Source: a virus
Taxonomy: Duplodnaviria; Caudoviricetes
Virus record (IMG/VR): IMGVR_UViG_3300034410_000302
Coordinates: 1-36,702 of that record
Reading direction: 5' to 3' (one strand)
Length of the DNA: 36,702 bases
Position 1 is the first letter of the stretch; every line of letters begins with the position of its first letter. The position numbers and the translations under genes were made by a program. Under the pieces are notes generated by a model that did not search any database, had not been told where the DNA came from, and saw nothing but the letters and a program-made list of their open reading frames with translations. Below are positions 23,836-31,940 of the stretch, one piece after another.

Positions 23836-23853
23836 GTTGATAACGAACATAGG

Positions 23854-23884
23854 AACGGGGATAATTTATTATCTCCGTTTTTTT
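23854..23884 (+). terminator. intrinsic terminator between convergent modules
   Basis: AACGGGGATAAT/ATTATCTCCGTT stem (one G-U pair) with a T run; abuts the stop of the opposite-strand gene. Confidence 0.8.
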
Positions 23885-25982
23885 ATGCGATTGCGCCAGT
23901 CAGCCCGTATACTCTTAACGATGTTCCATCTCCGCCGCCACTGCCAGCATTATAACTCACCTGAGTAACATCACTTCCGCCTTGTTGCATCATAACAGGT
24001 GCAATATTTGGAGCATTATTATTAACTACGTTTACTCCACCAGAACCAATTGCACCAGCGGCACCTAACATTGCTACTTGTTCATTTAATTTTACATTAG
24101 CACGGCCTTGGCCCATAAGCCCCTGTTCTTGGAGTTGTATTTCGTTTGGTGTATATCCGCCAGGACCTTGAGAACTGCCTGCCGCCGCCTCAGCATCTTT
24201 TAACTGCTGAACTGTTCTTCTTGTTTTATTTACTCCTGATCTATCACCACGGTTAGTTCCTTGTTTAAATACCTTTGGTGTACCGTCTTTATTATGTGTT
24301 TTGCCATATTTTTTATCCCATCTTATACGAGCAGCTCGACCACCGTGGCCTCCACCAGTAGGCATTGGAGGTGCATTTTCTCCAGGTGCTACAATATTGT
24401 CTAATGTATCAATATCCTTAGGCTTTGGATCTTCAGCAAATGCCCATTTTGCAACAATCTCTCCAAGATAACCACCCATAAACGCGCCTAAGATACCGCC
24501 TCCAATGCCGCCAATAAGTGTACCCCAGCCTGTTAAAGGAGGTATTGAACCCATAGCCGCACCAAGTGCAGCTCCACCTAAACCACCAACTATGTTACCA
24601 ATTATTGGACCCATTGCTTTAATTTTATCTTCTTTAGTTGGGTAGGTATCGTCATCTTCTAAAATGGTATAAATCTCATACATAAGTAACACAGCGGCAG
24701 CAATTTTAACCATTTTAAATAAGGCTATAAGTCTACCAAACACTTTAGAATATCTTGAATCTAAGCTGTTTTCCATTGCTTTAAGCGCGTCTGCGTCATT
24801 AACAAATTTTCCAGCATTTGGTCCATCTTTGTATACTAATCTACCAGCGGCATTCTTAGTAATTGTACCCTTTCCACCAACATTCTTACCAATTGAATCA
24901 GTTCTTATTTGAGGTTTTGATACCTGAGTACCTGCAGCAGTGGTTACCATTTTCGGTGTGGTTGAGGGAACTTTTGGACTCGTTATTGGCGTAACTGAAC
25001 CTGCGCCGCTTGTGCCAACTCCCTTTGGTATTGTTGGCTGTTTTATATTGGTGGTATTAACTTTTGGACCTGCGTTTGCAGCTTTTAATCTAGCTGCTTC
25101 AGCTTTTCTTGCTTCTACTTCAAGTGGACCACTGCCTCTTCCACCGCCTACTGGAGTTTTTACTGATCCATCTTTATTTAAATTAAATATTCTTTGGAGC
25201 CACGTTCGGCCGCCTTGGGCTTTTCTAAACGCTTCCATGTCGGTGCTCATTCTATTTAAACCGTATCTAACAGATGCTGCGCCAAGAGTAATAAGCGAAA
25301 TAGCTCCAATTGCTTTTGCTGCAACATCTACCCAAGTCATATCAGCAATCTCACGCATTTTGTCACTTAAATCGGAAATGTTATTGTTTAATTTAGTAAT
25401 ACTTCCGTCTGGTCCTGTAAGATCTTTAAGCGTTTTATTCATATCTTTTATGGTAGTTTTAATATCATCCATACCATCTAGACTAAACTTTTTAAGTTCC
25501 TTACCAAAACCACCAAGGCCTTCTTCCATTTCAGTAAATGCGCCGTCGTACTTAGTATCTATGAAACCTTTTAATAGATTGTATCCTACAAAGCCTGCGC
25601 CAGCTCCTATTGCTAAGTTTTTAAGACTAAGAGTTTTTGCAATTGCATCTCCCATTTTATTAATGGCTGCATTTGTATCTGCTTTTTTATTACCATCACT
25701 ATAATCGTCTGTTTGGCGAGCAGTAGGTGTGGGAGGAGTAACTTCATCAAACTGTTCTTGAGTTTTAGCTCTTTCTTGAGCATCATTAGCAATACCTAAT
25801 TGCATTTTTAGCATCGAAGTTTGTTCTATTACGTTCGCGTTAATACTTCTGAATAAACTATCAAATTTATCTAGTTTTATATTCATCGAGCGTATAGAAT
25901 TAGTCCCAGTATTTCTATTGAGATCTCCTTCGGCTTTTAATCTATCGATTATAGCAATTGTTTCTTGTGACAACTCAGCCAT
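23883..25982 (-). CDS. probable tail tape measure / baseplate hub protein (gp29-like)
   Basis: 699 aa with helical regions and Gly/Ala-rich hydrophobic segments. Lies directly downstream of gp26/gp51. Confidence 0.55.
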   Translation of the reverse strand: MAELSQETIAIIDRLKAEGDLNRNTGTNSIRSMNIKLDKFDSLFRSINANVIEQTSMLKMQLGIANDAQERAKTQEQFDEVTPPTPTARQTDDYSDGNKKADTNAAINKMGDAIAKTLSLKNLAIGAGAGFVGYNLLKGFIDTKYDGAFTEMEEGLGGFGKELKKFSLDGMDDIKTTIKDMNKTLKDLTGPDGSITKLNNNISDLSDKMREIADMTWVDVAAKAIGAISLITLGAASVRYGLNRMSTDMEAFRKAQGGRTWLQRIFNLNKDGSVKTPVGGGRGSGPLEVEARKAEAARLKAANAGPKVNTTNIKQPTIPKGVGTSGAGSVTPITSPKVPSTTPKMVTTAAGTQVSKPQIRTDSIGKNVGGKGTITKNAAGRLVYKDGPNAGKFVNDADALKAMENSLDSRYSKVFGRLIALFKMVKIAAAVLLMYEIYTILEDDDTYPTKEDKIKAMGPIIGNIVGGLGGAALGAAMGSIPPLTGWGTLIGGIGGGILGAFMGGYLGEIVAKWAFAEDPKPKDIDTLDNIVAPGENAPPMPTGGGHGGRAARIRWDKKYGKTHNKDGTPKVFKQGTNRGDRSGVNKTRRTVQQLKDAEAAAGSSQGPGGYTPNEIQLQEQGLMGQGRANVKLNEQVAMLGAAGAIGSGGVNVVNNNAPNIAPVMMQQGGSDVTQVSYNAGSGGGDGTSLRVYGLTGAIA

Positions 25983-25992
25983 TTATTTCTTC

Positions 25993-26157
25993 CTAATTAT
26001 TTTCGTTTTGCTTAGCAATAAATTCTACGATCATTCCAAAATATAATTCTCTTTCATATGGTAACATATTTTCAATCTCATTTAACGACCAATTGTGGTG
26101 CTGTGCCATTGCAAAGATGATTTGATAATAGTCACCCAGCGAGGTATGACACAGCAC
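25993..26157 (-). CDS. 51: gp51-like baseplate hub assembly domain (not in ORF track); probably expressed as a frameshift extension of gp26
   Basis: VLCHTSLGDYYQIIFAMAQHHNWSLNEIENMLPYERELYFGMIVEFIAKQNENN, containing the QHH.WSL.EIENM.P.ER signature. Confidence 0.8.
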   Translation of the reverse strand: MLCHTSLGDYYQIIFAMAQHHNWSLNEIENMLPYERELYFGMIVEFIAKQNENN

Positions 26158-26858
26158 TAGATAAAAAAACTGCGCATGCCCTCCACGACAAAGGTCTTTT
26201 CATTTCCATCAGCATTAGTATATTTCATTTCATGTCTTAACCTAGGGATATTCTCAAAAAATTCTTGAATACCTTGTATAACATCTGCACCTAAGTTATC
26301 TACAAAACCTGCGATATCTTCTTCGCTGTAGTCTTTAAAATGCGATACTTCATCTTCAGAGGCTACTTTATCCATACATGCAACCATTAAAACATAGTTA
26401 ACTAAAGGATCTTGAGTATCCATAACTAAAATCTTAGCATATTCATCTATTGATGGATACTTTAAATACAATGTGTATTCATCGTTAATCTTAACTTCTG
26501 TTCTATTATTATCTGGTGTAGTTAAAGTAACACTTTCAATATCTAATTTTAACTCAACAATTTTATCTGTTTCAGGATCTGTAATCTGAAATTCAATCAT
26601 ATTATCAACTGATTTAGATCTTAATATTAAAAGAATATATTCTAAATCAAACATTGCAAGTTCTTCAACTTTTTTATCAACTAAACAATTATTAACAACT
26701 TGTTTAACTGCCATTAGTTCTTGCTGAGCGTCATTTGATTCTTGCGCCACTAGCAATATTTTTTCTTCCTTAACAGTAAAAGGCCTGTATTTAACTGCCT
26801 CTCCTGTTGAAGGTAATTCCAATTCAAAAATCGGTAATTCGATTTTAGGTAAAGCCAT
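26157..26858 (-). CDS. 26: baseplate hub assembly protein gp26-like
   Basis: MALPKI, LPSTG, YRPFTVKEEKILL, FDLEY...LRSKSV, LKYP and EGMRSFF. Confidence 0.9.
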   Translation of the reverse strand: MALPKIELPIFELELPSTGEAVKYRPFTVKEEKILLVAQESNDAQQELMAVKQVVNNCLVDKKVEELAMFDLEYILLILRSKSVDNMIEFQITDPETDKIVELKLDIESVTLTTPDNNRTEVKINDEYTLYLKYPSIDEYAKILVMDTQDPLVNYVLMVACMDKVASEDEVSHFKDYSEEDIAGFVDNLGADVIQGIQEFFENIPRLRHEMKYTNADGNEKTFVVEGMRSFFI

Positions 26859-26872
26859 AATTTATTTCTCCA

Positions 26873-27634
26873 TTAACCAAAAAAGTCTTTTATTCGACGC
26901 ACTTTGTTATTTACTCTTGTATATTTGTTTACTGCGTCTTGCACCGATGTTGGTACAAGGTCAGCTCCGATTAATTGACCAACGGCGCCGATCTGTTGTA
27001 TTAATCCTAGTAAACCATTTCCTCTACCGAATCTTGCGGTAGGCGATCCAATTCTTTCACCACTAAATTGTATTCTATCATATTGAAGAGATACTGGTAA
27101 TACTGAGAATGAATCATTATTTTCCCACGCTAAATCAACATCACCAATCATCATTGGAAATGCATTATCTAATATTACTTCGTAATACTGACCTGATTCT
27201 TCATAATTAGTAGAGTATTGTCTAATTACTACTCTACATGCGTAGTTGTCTTTATATCCTATTTCAAATGGTAACTTACCATCTACTTCTGCAAATGAGC
27301 CAGCGGCAGTACTTATATTAACTACATTTTGAGCCCACGAGTGGAAAAAGGATAATATTTGATGATCTGAATCAAGCATAAAGATTGCTTGAACCGGTTC
27401 AGTGTTAACACCCAAAGGCATTAATTTACGAAACTGAGCGACCTGATCATTCTGTACTGTATTAAATACAATACCTGGAACGGAGGCGTTTTTACAAAAG
27501 AATATAAGATCTCTTGAACTTGCTCTTGACTTTATGTTTGCTGGTCTTGATATTTGTACTTCGAATAAAGAACCGCGCGATGGACCACCGAACCAATCTA
27601 ATTGCGTTTTAAATTCTGATATGTTAAATGCCAT
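26873..27634 (-). CDS. tail tube initiator / tail-tube-fold protein (gp54-like)
   Basis: FNISEFK...GG...FEV, CKNASVPG, FFHSW, YKDNY and NAFP...DLAW. Confidence 0.7.
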   Translation of the reverse strand: MAFNISEFKTQLDWFGGPSRGSLFEVQISRPANIKSRASSRDLIFFCKNASVPGIVFNTVQNDQVAQFRKLMPLGVNTEPVQAIFMLDSDHQILSFFHSWAQNVVNISTAAGSFAEVDGKLPFEIGYKDNYACRVVIRQYSTNYEESGQYYEVILDNAFPMMIGDVDLAWENNDSFSVLPVSLQYDRIQFSGERIGSPTARFGRGNGLLGLIQQIGAVGQLIGADLVPTSVQDAVNKYTRVNNKVRRIKDFFG

Positions 27635-28257
27635 TATCTTCCTCTTACGATTCGTCTAGAATCAGCATATACTTGGGTAGCAGTAGCACCAACAAACTGT
27701 TGAGTCGGTAAGAACAATGCAATATCCCATTCTGATGGATTGATATATGCTGGTTTAGTTCTTACATGTGCATTCAAATAATGTTTAATAGTTGGCTGAA
27801 ACTCTTTAAATTTTGCCGCACTATTAAGTACTTTATATGACGCAGATAGTCTCGTTGTTTCGTCGAATGCTTTATTTGTTAACACTGTATACAATTGATC
27901 CATTAATTTTGCTCTTAAAATCGGTGGCAAATAATGCATATTGATACCAAGAAACCCACCCTTTGCTTTATTTATTGGAAAAATAAGCGGAAACCGGTCA
28001 TAATATGGTAAAGTGTCTTTATGTTTGGGATCATATGCAAATAAGTACATATTTCCCATCATAAACCTAGAATCTTGGCGTCTGCTATTATCTTGTCTTA
28101 ACTCTTTAATGAGTTTATCACCTTTGGATCTATTTCTATTTGTACGAGTTACACCTTTGGCTTGATCTCTATACCACTGTCTAGCTGCGTCTGTACGCGC
28201 TGGTGCTTTACCAGATCGTATTCCTTTAAGGAGTATGTCGTCGAACATTGATGCCAT
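27634..28257 (-). CDS. 2: DNA end protector protein
   Basis: YDPKHKDTLPYYDRFPLIF, GINMHYLPP, KHYL and EWDIALFLPT. Confidence 0.93.
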   Translation of the reverse strand: MASMFDDILLKGIRSGKAPARTDAARQWYRDQAKGVTRTNRNRSKGDKLIKELRQDNSRRQDSRFMMGNMYLFAYDPKHKDTLPYYDRFPLIFPINKAKGGFLGINMHYLPPILRAKLMDQLYTVLTNKAFDETTRLSASYKVLNSAAKFKEFQPTIKHYLNAHVRTKPAYINPSEWDIALFLPTQQFVGATATQVYADSRRIVRGR

Positions 28258-28721
28258 TATTTGATTCCTAGTTGATCTTCTGTATATATCTGGAAATCCC
28301 AGCCGCGTTGATTACAATATGCGCGAGCTGCTTTCCATTTTGCTTCATTAGTACCCCAAGTCTTAACCTCATTTAAATATCTTCTCGAGACTCGACCTGT
28401 TGATGTCTTCTTCTTATTTATGTCAGGTGGCACTGTCTGATATTTAGGTTTAATCTCAATCATTAAAGTCTTTTCGCCACCACCTTTTGATAATGGTACT
28501 TTACTATGTACTATAACATCTGGAAAGTATCTATGACGCTTTCCGTCGATCGGTGAATAATAAGGTACAATCACTTCTTCACTTTGCCACCATATTACGT
28601 CAGGATGTACATCTACATACCGAAAAAATTTGAACTCCCACATAGACCGATAAATAATCTTAGTAGGGTCACCTTTATATTTAGATGGATTTTTTGGTTT
28701 AAACCGTCCACTATAAGCCAC
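28257..28721 (-). CDS. 4: head completion nuclease
   Basis: GTG start after GAGG gives MAYSGRFKPKNPSKYKGD; then YRSMWE, WQSEE, HRYFPD, EIKP and NEAKW. Confidence 0.93.
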   Translation of the reverse strand: MAYSGRFKPKNPSKYKGDPTKIIYRSMWEFKFFRYVDVHPDVIWWQSEEVIVPYYSPIDGKRHRYFPDVIVHSKVPLSKGGGEKTLMIEIKPKYQTVPPDINKKKTSTGRVSRRYLNEVKTWGTNEAKWKAARAYCNQRGWDFQIYTEDQLGIK

Positions 28722-28739
28722 CGACACCTCACAATTAGT

Positions 28740-28767
28740 TATAAATAGAAATAATAAATTATTTATA
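28740..28767. promoter_or_regulatory. pair of oppositely oriented T4 late promoters
   Basis: TATAAATA on + at 28740-28747 (towards gp48) and on - at 28760-28767 (towards gp4), within a 64 bp intergenic gap. Confidence 0.85.
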
Positions 28768-28785
28768 ATCCAAAGGATAGTACAA

Positions 28786-29856
28786 ATGGCAGAATCAACA
28801 CGGCCAGAAAAAACAATAGATAACAACGAACGGATGAATGCCTCTCAGTCTCATCTTATTAGATTTCCAGACAAGCCTTTTCCTCATAGCATGCTTATGA
28901 TCTTTGAAGATTATTCTTACGAGGGTTTCAAAGATAAGTTCGGTGAAAGTGTATCTAATACAGGTTCTGGACTTATTGCTGAAAATAGATCAAGCGGTGT
29001 TGGCATACGTAGTACTAATTCTATTGAATTGCCGTTTCCAAAGCAATTACAAGATAGTACTGGTTTGATATATAATAACATGCAGCAAAATCCTTTAATT
29101 GAAGGAATGGTACAAACTGCTATAAAAGCATCTCAAGGAGATGGAGGTTCTATTAAAGAAATTCCAAAGGCAATACAAAATATGGGTGCAATGGCCGCTT
29201 CCGCCACAAGCGGAAGTACTGGCGCAATAAATAATTTAATAAAAAGTATTACTGAAACATCTACAGCCGATGCAGCAAGTATGACTAGATTTATGTTATC
29301 TAAATTTATTCCAGATAGTTTAGCTGGAGCAGTAAATCTGTCGGTTGGTCAATCATTAAACCCAAGAGAAACAATTTCATTTGAAGGTGTATCACTTAGA
29401 ACTCATACTTTTCAATGGGACCTATATCCAGATAATCCAAGAGATTCTCAAAGAATTCAAGATGTTATTAAAGCCTTAAAGTTAAACGTATTACCCGAAG
29501 CAGTAGATATTGGTACAGGATCTGAAGGTATTAAAAAGGCTTTCTTAAAGTTTCCACGTACATGTAAGATATTTCTTATTGGCGTTGATGATACATTTTA
29601 TATGAAGTTTAAGCCTTGTATGGTTACTTCTATGACTGTTGACTATGCTGCCGGCGGAACATTGGCAGTAATGGCAGGAGGAAGACCAGCCGGAGTTCAA
29701 ATATCGTTAAATCTACAAGAACTGCAAATTGAAACAGCTCAAGATTATGGTGCTCCATCATTACAAACTGACGGCGCAGTACTGGATGAAGAAGAAGTTG
29801 CAATAAACTTTGATCCAAGTCAATATCCCGCGCAAAATAATTCAAGGACTGCATAA
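28786..29856 (+). CDS. 48: baseplate tail tube cap gp48-like
   Basis: IELPFP, LNPRETISFEGVSLRTHTFQWDLYP, FLKFP, PCMVTSMTVDY and LNLQE. Confidence 0.8.
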   Translation: MAESTRPEKTIDNNERMNASQSHLIRFPDKPFPHSMLMIFEDYSYEGFKDKFGESVSNTGSGLIAENRSSGVGIRSTNSIELPFPKQLQDSTGLIYNNMQQNPLIEGMVQTAIKASQGDGGSIKEIPKAIQNMGAMAASATSGSTGAINNLIKSITETSTADAASMTRFMLSKFIPDSLAGAVNLSVGQSLNPRETISFEGVSLRTHTFQWDLYPDNPRDSQRIQDVIKALKLNVLPEAVDIGTGSEGIKKAFLKFPRTCKIFLIGVDDTFYMKFKPCMVTSMTVDYAAGGTLAVMAGGRPAGVQISLNLQELQIETAQDYGAPSLQTDGAVLDEEEVAINFDPSQYPAQNNSRTA

Positions 29857-30227
29857 TGAAATATTTTTCAAAATTTCCAACAATAAATTATGAAGGTGTG
29901 CAGGTAAAAGATATTACTCGTAGAAATAGTTTTACGAATTTTGTTACTTCTAATCCTATGCTATATTTACCTTACACAGTTAAAGAAGGTTATAGAGCAG
30001 AAGATGTTGCAAACGCTTATTATGGTTCGCCAGACTATGTTTGGTTAGTTAATATATCAAATAATATTATTGATCCTTATCATCAGTGGCCAATGGCAGA
30101 AGCTGATTTTAACGCGTATTTAGTAGAAAAGTATAGAGAAGAATCTGGTAAAGTCGGTGATGAAGTTGTTGAATGGACAAAAGACGATAATGGTGATAAC
30201 ATTATCTATTACTATAAGGTTGTATAA
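29856..30227 (+). CDS. 53: baseplate wedge gp53, N-terminal part
   Basis: YFSKFPTINY, YTVKEGYRAEDVANAYYG, WLV...NNIIDPYHQWP and YLVEKY. Confidence 0.85.
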   Translation: MKYFSKFPTINYEGVQVKDITRRNSFTNFVTSNPMLYLPYTVKEGYRAEDVANAYYGSPDYVWLVNISNNIIDPYHQWPMAEADFNAYLVEKYREESGKVGDEVVEWTKDDNGDNIIYYYKVV

Positions 30228-30230
30228 AAG

Positions 30231-30488
30231 ATGGCAGTAGACATAGTAAAATTAGCGCCAGAATCTTTCCAAACGATTTATTTGCGTAAAGAAGATCGCA
30301 TTATTCTACGAACTGAACAAGGTCGTAAGATTATTATTAAACGAATCATTCCTGAAGAGTGGAAAGAATGGAAAGTTTACGATCAAGAATTGGCCGAAAA
30401 CGAAAACAAAAAAGAAATATTCCTTATTGATAAAGGTTATCTGCCACTTATCACAAAAGAATTTGCACGGAAAATAAAAGACAGGTAA
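30231..30488 (+). CDS. gp53 C-terminal-like part as a separate in-frame ORF
   Basis: VYDQELAENENKKEIFLIDKGYL...KEF resembles the gp53 C-terminus. Same frame as 29856-30227. Confidence 0.65.
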   Translation: MAVDIVKLAPESFQTIYLRKEDRIILRTEQGRKIIIKRIIPEEWKEWKVYDQELAENENKKEIFLIDKGYLPLITKEFARKIKDR

Positions 30489-31940
30489 ATGGACGATTTT
30501 AATCCCGGAACAGTCGAAGTAACTCGAGTAGAGCTTATTTCATATGACGGTAATACTAGACGAGATTTATCATCAAACTATGTTTATGGGTTTGAGATTA
30601 ATCAGTCTATGGATGCCGTTGCTTATAGTGGGAGCATTAATATTCTTGATTCTTCTAATGTATTAGAAGGTATGCCCATTAGAGGCGAAGAAACATTAAA
30701 CCTTACTTTAGTTGGAATGGATTTTAAGACAGAAGTATTCATTGCTGCTCGTGTGCATAGAGTATCTAATATTATGCCAAGGCCAAGTTCTAATGCTGTA
30801 ACATATACTATTCATTTTGTTTCAAAGCAGTCATTTAACGCGTCTACCAGAAAAATTCTCACATCTTATCTTAATACTCCAGATGCTATGGCGCATGATA
30901 TGTTTACTAAAGGCTATGCTAAATTAAGACCAGCCGATATTGTAGACCCAAAATTAAAAAAATCTAAAATACCACTTCCTTATGAAACTAAAGTTTATGA
31001 TTTAATTAAAGATGGCAAATCTCAAGACGATCCCGATAGATCTCTTTTTGTTCAGAAAACAAAAAACCAAACGCAACTTATTATTCCAGATTTAGAACCA
31101 TCTGAAGCAATGTACTTTGCAGCATCAAGATCATATAATCCTTCAACACCTTCTCAAACATTTAGATTTTTTGAGACAATTGAAGATTTCTATTTTTGCA
31201 CAGACGAATTCTTTATTAAAAGAGCAAATAATTTGTATGCTGAAGATAAACTTAATATTGAAAAATTATTCTATGCGCCAGTTGTAGATTTAGATGCTAA
31301 AAACGTAGAGGCGCAATTTAATCGAATAGAAGATTTACAAGTTTTATCAAAAGGTATTGATACATCAACTGATTTAACTTCAGGAGCATATGTAAATAGA
31401 GTTATTCAAGTTGATTTACTTAAAAAGAGATTAACAGATTCAATGTTTGATTTCTCAAAAACATCATATGTTGATATGACTGGTAAGCCTCGAGAAATAA
31501 AAGATAATCCACATACCGAAAAGTTTAGAAAAGATACGTTTAAACAAGAAAACGCAAGAACGTTTATGGTATTTAAAGATTATAATGGAGACGGTGATAG
31601 TCCATCTAATATTAAACATGATCAGCGCTTTGCTGATATTGTACATAACAGAGTTTCTTATTATCACCATCTTCATAATACAAACATTATGGCTCAATTA
31701 AAAGGTCGATTAGATTTACGACCAGGTCAAATTATAATGTTAGAAATAAAAGCTTTGGACGGTGTTGATTCTGTAATTAGTATGAACGATACATTATCAG
31801 GCAGATATATGATTAAATCAACAAATCATAAAATGACTGAAGGTACTTTACATACAACTATTAATATTGTTAAGTTTGACCATAGTGGCCAAGAAGAATT
31901 AATTGAAAGTGAAACTGCCGATATTGGAGTAAATATATAA
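30489..31940 (+). CDS. baseplate hub / tail protein (gp27-like)
   Basis: Lies between gp53 and gp5; PIRGEE, FRFFET and C-terminal LSGRYMIKSTNH. Confidence 0.65.
   Translation: MDDFNPGTVEVTRVELISYDGNTRRDLSSNYVYGFEINQSMDAVAYSGSINILDSSNVLEGMPIRGEETLNLTLVGMDFKTEVFIAARVHRVSNIMPRPSSNAVTYTIHFVSKQSFNASTRKILTSYLNTPDAMAHDMFTKGYAKLRPADIVDPKLKKSKIPLPYETKVYDLIKDGKSQDDPDRSLFVQKTKNQTQLIIPDLEPSEAMYFAASRSYNPSTPSQTFRFFETIEDFYFCTDEFFIKRANNLYAEDKLNIEKLFYAPVVDLDAKNVEAQFNRIEDLQVLSKGIDTSTDLTSGAYVNRVIQVDLLKKRLTDSMFDFSKTSYVDMTGKPREIKDNPHTEKFRKDTFKQENARTFMVFKDYNGDGDSPSNIKHDQRFADIVHNRVSYYHHLHNTNIMAQLKGRLDLRPGQIIMLEIKALDGVDSVISMNDTLSGRYMIKSTNHKMTEGTLHTTINIVKFDHSGQEELIESETADIGVNI

Noticed and set aside
24940-25704. 254-aa plus-strand ORF
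   Set aside because: Antisense shadow of the 699-aa minus-strand gene, with no RBS or recognisable motif.
28722-28826. N-terminal 35 aa of the track's gp4 ORF
   Set aside because: It overlaps both late promoters and the gp48 start. The GTG at 28721 has a GAGG RBS and gives the typical MAYSG start.
30225-30227. Genome-wide stop-codon reassignment to explain the gp53 stop
   Set aside because: TAA, TAG and TGA all end conserved genes at the expected lengths elsewhere in the window.
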